Positions 8,787-16,799 of a DNA stretch of 43,017 nucleotides are shown piece after piece (within the stretch, counting starts at the first letter, position 1; every line of letters starts with the position of its first letter). This DNA is from a virus. Taxonomy: Duplodnaviria > Caudoviricetes. The notes below the pieces were generated by a model. That model was not told the origin of the DNA. It was given only the letters and a program-made list of their open reading frames with translations, and did no database searches. The stretch covers positions 1 to 43,017 of IMG/VR virus record IMGVR_UViG_3300048998_000084, one strand, 5' to 3'. The position numbers and the translations under genes are program-made.

Positions 8787-9212
8787 TCAGACGCTGTCGA
8801 ACGAGTGCGAGATCGCGGACGCCGCGAAACTGGCCGTGTTCGTGTTGTTGATCGTCTGCGAGGCTGTGAGCGCGCCGCGTCCGATGAAGTCGGTCGTCGC
8901 GGTGCCGCTCAGCGTTCGCCAAAGGCCGAAGTGCGTGACCGTGCCCCAGCTGGCCGTAGCGGTCGCAAACGTCAGCGTGGTCGCGTTCGTGGTGACCGAG
9001 GGGTCCGCGTTGGTGCCCGCGTTCCAATCGGTCGCCGCAGTCACCTTGCGTGCATAGCTGCCGCCGCTGACCTCGTTGGACGTCTGGCCGTCGATGCCAG
9101 GGTCTGCCGTATGCAGTGAGAGGTACATCACACCGCTTGGCGAGGTGAACGCCGTGCCCTTGAAAACGAGATCGTTGAGCGCCTTCATGAATGTAGTGCC
9201 GTAACCAGCCAT
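8787..9212 (-). CDS. Small beta-rich virion fibre subunit of the widespread LHTADPG..NEVSGGSYAR..WGTVTHFGLW family
   Basis: Recognisable conserved motif set; GAGG RBS after an intergenic gap. Confidence 0.75.
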   Translation of the reverse strand: MAGYGTTFMKALNDLVFKGTAFTSPSGVMYLSLHTADPGIDGQTSNEVSGGSYARKVTAATDWNAGTNADPSVTTNATTLTFATATASWGTVTHFGLWRTLSGTATTDFIGRGALTASQTINNTNTASFAASAISHSFDSV

Positions 9213-9252
9213 ATCCTCACTCCGTTGTTAGTTGTTCGCGGCGTCTCCGCCG

Positions 9253-10932
9253 TTAGCTCTCGATCGCCCTAGCCGCGCCGCCGCCGACCACAGAAAGGCT
9301 CGCGCCTCCGCTGCGCAGCTGGAGCGAGACAAAGCCCGATGTCGCGCTGGTGAGCAGTACGCTCACGTGAAACGCGACCACAGACGTCAGGCCGCCCGTG
9401 CTGCCCGTGATCGCTGTGCCGCTTGAACTGAAGCCACCGCTTCCGTTCGCGAGGAACACCCAGTTACCGCTGCCCACTGTCCACGAAACATTTACGTCAA
9501 AGCTGGCCGCGGAGTCTCCCAGCGCTACCGCGAACACCCACCACACATGATAAGGACCGGAGCGCGCAGGTAACTGGATGTTGGCCCCTGTGGGCGAAGT
9601 GAACGAGCCGCCGATCGACGCGCTGCTCATGTTTTGCACCGCCGACCACTTCGGGCGGTACAGCGTGCCGCTGCCGTTGTAGGTGAGCGAGTCGCCAGTC
9701 TGCCAGCTGGATGTGTTCGTTAGGCTGTCGGCGCCGTCCGGCAGGTGCCGCGCGTTGTGACCCGCGACGTTGACGCCGTTGTACAGACCGCCCGTGATGT
9801 TGCCACTCGTGTCGATCGACACGTTGGCATCCGTGATGAGTTTCCCCGTGGTGCCATTGAAGATGGTCACAAACCGATCGCTGGCGCTGGTGGGGCCTAC
9901 CACCCACGTCAGAGGGTTTACGCCGTCGAGTGTTGAGACACCGCTTATCGCACCGCCGCTCGCTGTGATGATCGTGCCGTCCTGAATCAGCTTGCCCGTC
10001 GTGCCGTTGAACGTCGCGAGCCGGTTGGTCGTCGCGCTGTTCGGTCCGACTACCCACGTCAGCGGGTCGACGCCGTCAAGCGTTGAGACGTTCGCGAGCG
10101 TGGTCGTGCCCACCGTGATCGAGTTGAGTGCGCTCACGCTGCCGAGCGATCCGCCGCTGGCGGTGACTGTTGCAGCATTGCTCGCCTGCTTGCCCGTCGC
10201 GTCTGCGTACGTGACGAGGCGAGCCGCCACCGAGCTTGCAGCGCCCTTCATCCACAGCGCAGGATCGGTCCCGTTGATTGTGGCCACACCCGTGATGTTC
10301 CCTGTGGAATCGATCACCACCACGCTCTGCTTGAGGATCTTTCCTGTCGCGCCGTTGAAGAGTGCGACATGACTGTCCGTCGCGCTGCCAGGGCCGACTA
10401 CCCACGTCAGCGGGTCCACGCCGTCAAGCGCGGTCACGTTGCTGATCGTCGTGTCACCCAGTGTCATGCTGTTGATGCTGCTGAGCAGCTTGGCCGGACC
10501 TACGCCGAGCCCGTGCTCCGTGACGCCGATTGAGTTGATCTCATCGACTTCTCGAATCTGACCGCCGACTGACGTGATGGTGGAAGTGTTACGAAGCAAG
10601 CGCCCCGTTGTGCCGTTCCATGTTGCAAGCGTGCTCTCGACCGAGTCGGCCGGCCCGCGTACCCAGTCCCCCGGATCGGTGCCGTTGATGGTGGTCACAC
10701 CCGTGACGTTGCCCGCGTTGTCGATCGCGACAGGCACCTGGAGCAGCTGCGTGCCCGTGGTGTCGCCCCACGTCGCCACGTTGTTGATCGTGCTCGAGCC
10801 GGGCCCGAGCGACGTGCTCAGGATGCCCACGCCCTTGATGAAGCGCAGGTATTGCTTGTCAGCGAAGATCGTGACGGGCACGTCGGTCTCGCCGATCGTC
10901 GTGACGAAAGCTCTGAGGCGATGGCGATGCAT
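9253..10932 (-). CDS. Tail fibre protein with six ~50-aa repeats
   Basis: WVVGP.SAT..[FW]NG.TGKL repeats, HNARHLPDGAD motif, C-terminal beta domain; follows the ejection proteins. Confidence 0.75.
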   Translation of the reverse strand: MHRHRLRAFVTTIGETDVPVTIFADKQYLRFIKGVGILSTSLGPGSSTINNVATWGDTTGTQLLQVPVAIDNAGNVTGVTTINGTDPGDWVRGPADSVESTLATWNGTTGRLLRNTSTITSVGGQIREVDEINSIGVTEHGLGVGPAKLLSSINSMTLGDTTISNVTALDGVDPLTWVVGPGSATDSHVALFNGATGKILKQSVVVIDSTGNITGVATINGTDPALWMKGAASSVAARLVTYADATGKQASNAATVTASGGSLGSVSALNSITVGTTTLANVSTLDGVDPLTWVVGPNSATTNRLATFNGTTGKLIQDGTIITASGGAISGVSTLDGVNPLTWVVGPTSASDRFVTIFNGTTGKLITDANVSIDTSGNITGGLYNGVNVAGHNARHLPDGADSLTNTSSWQTGDSLTYNGSGTLYRPKWSAVQNMSSASIGGSFTSPTGANIQLPARSGPYHVWWVFAVALGDSAASFDVNVSWTVGSGNWVFLANGSGGFSSSGTAITGSTGGLTSVVAFHVSVLLTSATSGFVSLQLRSGGASLSVVGGGAARAIES

Positions 10933-12489
10933 CTAGCGCCCGGCCTCTTCTTCCTCGCGCTTGCGCTGCTCCTCGAGCGCGCGAGCGAGCTCGGAGACGG
11001 CAAAGCCAGTCGGAGCGCCCACGTTCTGCGCGGCTGAGGTCATGTTGCGCGCCGCGCCGCCCAGGTTCCGCTCAAGGCCACGGAACGTGTTCGCCGCTAC
11101 GTCGCTGCCCCAGCTGCCCGCGGCCTGCCTGAATGCGTTGCGGCTGCCCGAGAACAGCGCGCCACCGAGGCCCGTGCCGACTGCCATCGCGCCGGCCGTG
11201 TCGTCGCCATCCGTCATCTGCGAGCCGAGGTAGCCCGCGCCCGCGCCCACTGCGCCGCCGAGCAGCGCAGTGCCCACGTCGCCGGCGGTGATTTCTGCGC
11301 CGGCCTTCTGGCGCGTCAGCTCCTCGAGCGTGGCAGCCTTGGCCATCTTGTCGGACAGTTCGCGCCACTTCATCTCGGTGTCGCCGCGCGCGCCCGCGGT
11401 CATGATGCCGTCGAGCTCCTCCTTGTTGATGCGCCCGCCGCGCGCAGCTGCCCATGCACTGGCTTGGTCGGGCACGGTGGAAGCCGCGCCGCTGTGCCCA
11501 GCGGCCTGCATCCCTGACTTCTGGCGCACGAAGCTGCTGAGGTCGCCCGGTTCGGTCTGCGCCCCGAGCCTGTCAGCGAGGCGCTGCAGCGCTGCAGCTC
11601 GGTGTGCGTCCTCGTCGGTGAGCGCACGGCTGCTGAGCGCCGCCGCTTCCTGTTCCACCCTGTTCCGCAGCTGCTCCTGGGCATCGGGAACACGGCCGTT
11701 CACGCCGTCTCGCTTGCCCGCCGTCTGGTACACGTCGCGCAGGTCTCCGCGGAGTGTGCCAGCCGCCGGCTTGGCCTCATCGCCGAGTTGCTTCTGCAGC
11801 TCCTCTGCGTAGCCGCGCGAGCTCCGCCCCATCAACCGGGGCGGCACCAGTTCCTCGAGATTGCGACCGAGTTGATCGGCAGCGTCGAGGCCGTGCTTGT
11901 CCATGACGGCGCGCGCTTCCTTCGCGCCCACGCCTGCGACCACGTTGCGCGCCTTATCGGCGAGCCAGCCTGCGCCCTCGCCCAGCTTGCCTACGCCGCG
12001 CCCGATGCCATCCAACAGGCCAGCGCCGGCTGCGCTCGTTCCGCCGCCGAACAGGGTGTCTTGCGCTACCTGCCAAGGACCCTTGTCCTGCGCGACCGCT
12101 GCCGAGCCCGACTCGATGCCGCCCGCCACGCCCTGACGCCCAGCGTTCGCGAGAAGGCCCTCGGCCGCGCCGCCCGCGCCGCCAACCATCGCGCCCAGGT
12201 ACTTGCCGCCCGCTCCGGCGAGCTGCTTACCGAAGTAGGCCGGATCCTGAAGCATGCGCAGCACGTGCGCCTTCTCGGCCTCGAGGTTCTCCGGCGCTTC
12301 GATCGGCGGAGGGCTCTTGATGACCTCGGGCTCGCCCACCTTCACGTCGCCGCGCACCGCTGGCGCCTCAGTCGCGTCGAAGTTGACGCCGCGCTTCTCG
12401 AGGTCGGCCATCGCCGAGAACGCCTCTTGCTCGGGCATCTCGTACTCATCGCCATCGGCGAGCTTGATGCGGAGAAAGCCGCCGCTCAC
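10933..12489 (-). CDS. Putative DNA ejection/internal virion protein
   Basis: Ala/Gly-rich helical protein with Gly-zipper hydrophobic segments; podovirus synteny. Confidence 0.6.
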   Translation of the reverse strand: MSGGFLRIKLADGDEYEMPEQEAFSAMADLEKRGVNFDATEAPAVRGDVKVGEPEVIKSPPPIEAPENLEAEKAHVLRMLQDPAYFGKQLAGAGGKYLGAMVGGAGGAAEGLLANAGRQGVAGGIESGSAAVAQDKGPWQVAQDTLFGGGTSAAGAGLLDGIGRGVGKLGEGAGWLADKARNVVAGVGAKEARAVMDKHGLDAADQLGRNLEELVPPRLMGRSSRGYAEELQKQLGDEAKPAAGTLRGDLRDVYQTAGKRDGVNGRVPDAQEQLRNRVEQEAAALSSRALTDEDAHRAAALQRLADRLGAQTEPGDLSSFVRQKSGMQAAGHSGAASTVPDQASAWAAARGGRINKEELDGIMTAGARGDTEMKWRELSDKMAKAATLEELTRQKAGAEITAGDVGTALLGGAVGAGAGYLGSQMTDGDDTAGAMAVGTGLGGALFSGSRNAFRQAAGSWGSDVAANTFRGLERNLGGAARNMTSAAQNVGAPTGFAVSELARALEEQRKREEEEAGR

Positions 12490-13817
12490 AGCTGCCCCCC
12501 GGTCTTGAAGCGCTCGTATCGCTTCTTCCAGTCGCTGGCATCGACCGCTTGGGGCGAGCCGAGGTCACCCGGCTCGCCCGGTGCGTACCCGACAGGCTTG
12601 CGAACCTGCACGTCTTTGGGTGCCCACGCACCTGGAGGCGGAGGCGGAGCCTCGGCAGCCGCCGGCGGCGCCGGGTTGCCGTATTTGAGCCCTCGACTGC
12701 CGAGGGCGTTCTCGATCGCGCTCAGCGTCGCCTTGCGCGTGCCGGTGAGCTTGTCGAGCGTCGGATCGTATTCCTTGCCGACGAGTCCGGCGACGATACG
12801 CTCCGTGTTGCCGATCTTGTCGTCGCCGAACCCGAGGCCCGGCATTTCCTTCGCGTAGCGCTCAAACTCCTCTTTGCTGAGCACGCCCGTGCTGCCCAGC
12901 TTCGAGTACGCGCTCGCGACCTGCTTTTGCAGCATGTCGTACTCGGCGCGCTCGGGACTCGACATGTTCTCGATGCCCTTCGATTTGCGGATCTCGATCA
13001 TCCGCTGCAGCGCCTTGTCGGCGTTGCTGTACTGGCCCACCACGTCCTCAAGCTGCCTGCGCGTGGTGGGGTTGCTCAGCGCCATGCGCGCAGCTGCCGG
13101 GTCCGCAATGTCGGTGCCTGGAATGCGTACGAGGTCATCGCCGCTGGCGGCGACAGGCGCCGCCGGTCCTGATGCTCCGCGAGGCGCCTTGCCAGGCTTC
13201 GGCATCGCGTCAGGCGCAACGAAGTCGGGGACGCGCTCCACATCGTCCGGGGACGGCTGATCGAGCGCTGCCGAAGCCGGCGGCGCCTCGAAGGTGCCAA
13301 CCTGCGCGCGCTCAGCTTGCGCAGCGCGTTGCTCTTCGGGATCGGGAGGCGCTGCGCCCGTGACGATGCGGTTCGCTTCGGCCCATGGAGTGGCTGCGCT
13401 GCCGCCAACGCCCTTGCCGAGCCGCGCCTGGAGCGCCCGCTCTTGCAGCGCGAGCTCGCGGTTGCGCGCATCCAGATTGCCGCGGCGGATTTCGTTGTCG
13501 AACTGGTTGACCGGGTTGTTGTGCTTGGCCCACTGGTCAACGTCGCCGCGATAGTCGGCCGCGTCCTGCTGCATGATGCCGCCGATGTTGCGCCCCTTGT
13601 TCAGGAGCAGATCGAGCGCAGACAGCCAGATGCCCTTGGTGCCGTCGTGCTCTGGCGGCGGCGTCGCTTGCCGCCCACCGCCATCGAGCGACTGCAGCAC
13701 GCGCGCCCACTGCCCAGACTGCGGCCGATCTGCAGCTGCTGTTGACGTGCCCAAATCTGGCGCCGGCTGATTCGCGAGCCACTTGTCGAGGTCTTTGTCT
13801 TCGTCGTCGTAGGTCAC
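12486..13817 (-). CDS. Putative DNA ejection/internal virion protein
   Basis: Helical and Pro/Ala-rich; lies between two other ejection-like genes with coupled starts and stops. Confidence 0.55.
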   Translation of the reverse strand: MTYDDEDKDLDKWLANQPAPDLGTSTAAADRPQSGQWARVLQSLDGGGRQATPPPEHDGTKGIWLSALDLLLNKGRNIGGIMQQDAADYRGDVDQWAKHNNPVNQFDNEIRRGNLDARNRELALQERALQARLGKGVGGSAATPWAEANRIVTGAAPPDPEEQRAAQAERAQVGTFEAPPASAALDQPSPDDVERVPDFVAPDAMPKPGKAPRGASGPAAPVAASGDDLVRIPGTDIADPAAARMALSNPTTRRQLEDVVGQYSNADKALQRMIEIRKSKGIENMSSPERAEYDMLQKQVASAYSKLGSTGVLSKEEFERYAKEMPGLGFGDDKIGNTERIVAGLVGKEYDPTLDKLTGTRKATLSAIENALGSRGLKYGNPAPPAAAEAPPPPPGAWAPKDVQVRKPVGYAPGEPGDLGSPQAVDASDWKKRYERFKTGGQL

Positions 13818-13826
13818 AACGCCTCC

Positions 13827-16046
13827 TCAAATGATGTAGTCGAGCAGGCTCTTGTTGTTCTTTTCGTACTCTTGCTGCTGCTTCTGGCGGCGGTCTGCAT
13901 CGCGACTCGCAGCAGCGGCCCGGCTCGATTCGCCCGACTCGCTGATCGCCTGACCCTTGAGCGCGTTCGCAGAGTTGTTGATCGCCAACTGTTGCCCAGT
14001 CATGCCGAGCGCGAACTGCGCGTTTTGAGCGAGGGCCGCTCGGTTGCTGTCGATCGCACTCTGCGTCTGCGAACTGAGATTGTTGGCGCCCGTCATGTAG
14101 TCACGGTTCATCGTGACCCCGGTGTTCGTCTGGTCGTTGTAACGGTTCCACTGGTTGTTGAGCGTCGTGTTACCCGCGCTCCACGTGTTGTTAGCGTTGT
14201 TCGCGAGGTGCGCGCCTTGCGTCAACTGCGCGTTCGCAACGTCAGTGCCGCGGCCCCATGCTGCGTTTTGCTGGTCGGCAGCGTAGGAATCCTGAAAGCG
14301 CTGCTGCATCAACGACTGCGACTTGTTGAAGGTCCGCAGCGCGTCGTCTGCGGTGCGCATCTGGTTGGCCTCGTTGCCTTGCGCGACCGCGCCCTCGAGC
14401 ATGCGGTTAGCGTTGCCCGTGCGCATCGCGTCATCGGCGTTGCGCATGTTCGTGACCGTCGTGCCTTGGCCCTGCAGCCCTGCGAGGCGCTGGCCCGAGT
14501 TGAACTGCCGTATGGAGTCGTCCTGCGAACGCATAACGTTCGCCTCTGTGCCCTGGCCCTGCAGGCCAGCGAAGCGCATGCCCTGGTTGCTCACGCGCAA
14601 GCTGTCATCCGCGTTGCGCATGTTGGTCGCCATCGCACCCTCGCCTTGCAGACCAGCGAAGCGCTGCTGGTTGTTCTGCACGGCCATGCGATCGGCGGCG
14701 CTGCGCGTCGCGAAGTCGCGGCCGAAGCTCTGATCGGCGATCGTGCTCGACAGGTTCGCGTAGTTGCCGAGGTTCTTGTCGGCGCGGTCGATGGCCTTGG
14801 CGTTCGCGCCCAGGTCGCCGAGCTGCCGCATGTTCGCTGCCTCCTCGCTCGAGGCGTTGAGGTTCGAGAGCGCCATCGTCGAGCCGCTCATGCCCTGCCG
14901 CTGCAGCTCGCGCATGTTGGCATCGCGCACGCCGCGCATCGTCTGCTCTTGCTGCATGCGGTTCTGCAGGTACAGAAAGCGCTCGGCGTCGGTGAGCTTC
15001 GGGTCGCTGCGCTCCTTGAACTGCCCCAGCGCGTCCTTCTGCGCTGCGAGTGACTCGGCGTCTGCAGTCGCGCCGGCTGCGTCGGATGTCAGGTCGTAGT
15101 TACCGCCTGCCCAGTTGCCGTACTCGTCGAGCACGCCCTGTTGCTGGCCGACGAGCGCCGCATCGCTCGACACGTCATTCATGCCCGAGGCCCAATCGCC
15201 GTACGCGCCGAACACGCCTTGCTGCTGCGCGACGAGACCGGCGTCGCTGCTGATGTCATTCGCGCCGCTCGCCCAGCCGCCGAACGCGTTCGCGATCCCT
15301 TGCTGCTGACCTACGAGCCCCGCGTCAGAGCTGATGTTGTTCGCGCCCGAGGCCCAGTTGCCGAAGTTGTTATAGGCGCCCATCTGCATCCCGACGAGGC
15401 CGGGATCGCTGCTCACGTCGGCGCCGTAGCCGCCCGCTTGAAGCTGGCGCATGTTGCTGTTCAGGCTCTGCAGACCGCCGACTGCTGATGCGTCGACCGC
15501 GTTGGCCTGCCCGATCTGACCGTAGTAGTTGCCCAGGATCGCGTTGCCGTTCGAGTCGATGCCAGTGCGCGCGGCATCCATTCCCTGGTACATGCCAGCG
15601 TTGCTTGCGTTTACCGAGGCGAACGAGTTGCCCTGGTTGTTCAGCACCTGCTGACGCGTGTTCGCGTCTTGCGTGAGGCCGGTGTTCAGCGCGTCCTGGT
15701 ATGGACTGAGCCCGGCGAGCGCCGACGCTCCCTGCGCTTGGACCATATCGGCCAGGTTTAGGTAGCCGGTGATGTATGGGTCCGTGCCGCCAGGAGCGGC
15801 GTTTCCGTTGAGCCCGAGCGATGTGTACCGCGGGTCAGGCGTATACGGCGTGTTCCCCCATGTACCGCGGAAGTTTGGCCCGTGTGTCTCTGGAGTCGCA
15901 GGCGCAGGCGCCGGCGGCGTGTAAGGCGTGTCGCTCTGGGTTGCTGAAGAGTTGCCGTAATAGGGGTCGTTGGGGTTCGCAGTTGGGTCGTACAGCGGGA
16001 CGCTGTAGGCGTTCGGATCGTTGGGGTCGGGGTAGTACATCGCCAT
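13827..16046 (-). CDS. Putative DNA ejection/internal virion protein with internal repeats
   Basis: Q/N/G/A-rich, with WASGAN.ISSDAGLV.QQQG and R.AGLQGQG....MR.ADD repeats. Start placed at MAMYYP just after the upstream stop. Confidence 0.6.
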   Translation of the reverse strand: MAMYYPDPNDPNAYSVPLYDPTANPNDPYYGNSSATQSDTPYTPPAPAPATPETHGPNFRGTWGNTPYTPDPRYTSLGLNGNAAPGGTDPYITGYLNLADMVQAQGASALAGLSPYQDALNTGLTQDANTRQQVLNNQGNSFASVNASNAGMYQGMDAARTGIDSNGNAILGNYYGQIGQANAVDASAVGGLQSLNSNMRQLQAGGYGADVSSDPGLVGMQMGAYNNFGNWASGANNISSDAGLVGQQQGIANAFGGWASGANDISSDAGLVAQQQGVFGAYGDWASGMNDVSSDAALVGQQQGVLDEYGNWAGGNYDLTSDAAGATADAESLAAQKDALGQFKERSDPKLTDAERFLYLQNRMQQEQTMRGVRDANMRELQRQGMSGSTMALSNLNASSEEAANMRQLGDLGANAKAIDRADKNLGNYANLSSTIADQSFGRDFATRSAADRMAVQNNQQRFAGLQGEGAMATNMRNADDSLRVSNQGMRFAGLQGQGTEANVMRSQDDSIRQFNSGQRLAGLQGQGTTVTNMRNADDAMRTGNANRMLEGAVAQGNEANQMRTADDALRTFNKSQSLMQQRFQDSYAADQQNAAWGRGTDVANAQLTQGAHLANNANNTWSAGNTTLNNQWNRYNDQTNTGVTMNRDYMTGANNLSSQTQSAIDSNRAALAQNAQFALGMTGQQLAINNSANALKGQAISESGESSRAAAASRDADRRQKQQQEYEKNNKSLLDYII

Positions 16047-16048
16047 GG

Positions 16049-16798
16049 TCAGCCAATCCCGAAGTAGAGGAACGTGATCAGATACGTGTGCCCGTCGTCG
16101 CGCGTCATGCCGTCGATGCTCTTGACGGTGAGCGCGTCGCCGCTCGGGCTTGGGTCCCAGTGCACGAGCCCGCCCGTCAGCACGGTACTCGTCCATGCGC
16201 GCGAGTCCTGGATGCGCCCCGCGATCACGGCCATGGGGCGCCACTCGGGGCGCCAGATTTGCAGCGGCTCGGTGTAGGGGCCGAGGTACTGATCGACGGC
16301 CCACAGCACGGCCATGCCGTCTGCGCTGATGGTGTCGGTGATCGCGCCGATGGCATCGGTCACCTGCTGCGCCCAGTCGGTGATCGCGGTGATGAACGGC
16401 GCCAGCGCGCCGAGCGGCCCAAAGTTCGAGCTGGTACCGCCCGGGCCGAGCTGGCCGTGGGTGATCGGGCTCGTGCCGGGGTTGTAGGCGCCGCCGCCGT
16501 TCGAGCCGAGCCCGCCGCCGCTGATCGGAGTGTACGCGCCGCCACCGGGGTTGCCGAGACCGGGCATGTTCCCCGTGACGCGCTGCCCAGGCGGCAGGTT
16601 GCCCAGGCCGATCATCGAGAGCGGCACGCCGCGGCCAGTCGGCATCGGCGTGGACATCGGCACCGCGCGCCGCTGCGCGATCGGCATGATGCGAGGTTTG
16701 AAGGGTTGCGCTGCCGCTTGCAGCTGCGCCACGGCAGCGATCAGCCGTCCAGGCCGGTCGCCTGCGTTGAGCACGCCACGCTTCGGACAGGTAGCCAT
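16049..16798 (-). CDS. Hypothetical virion protein
   Basis: Tightly packed in the structural operon; Gly/Pro-rich N-half and beta-type C-half. Confidence 0.55.
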   Translation of the reverse strand: MATCPKRGVLNAGDRPGRLIAAVAQLQAAAQPFKPRIMPIAQRRAVPMSTPMPTGRGVPLSMIGLGNLPPGQRVTGNMPGLGNPGGGAYTPISGGGLGSNGGGAYNPGTSPITHGQLGPGGTSSNFGPLGALAPFITAITDWAQQVTDAIGAITDTISADGMAVLWAVDQYLGPYTEPLQIWRPEWRPMAVIAGRIQDSRAWTSTVLTGGLVHWDPSPSGDALTVKSIDGMTRDDGHTYLITFLYFGIG

Positions 16799-16799
16799 A

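Noticed and set aside
7586-8790. Stop-codon read-through fusing the fibre-module genes
   Set aside because: The 7-nt and 8-nt gaps put the genes out of frame, and no slippery site is evident.
4539-10932. Diversity-generating retroelement acting on the fibres
   Set aside because: I saw no reverse transcriptase ORF and no template/variable repeat pair differing at adenines.
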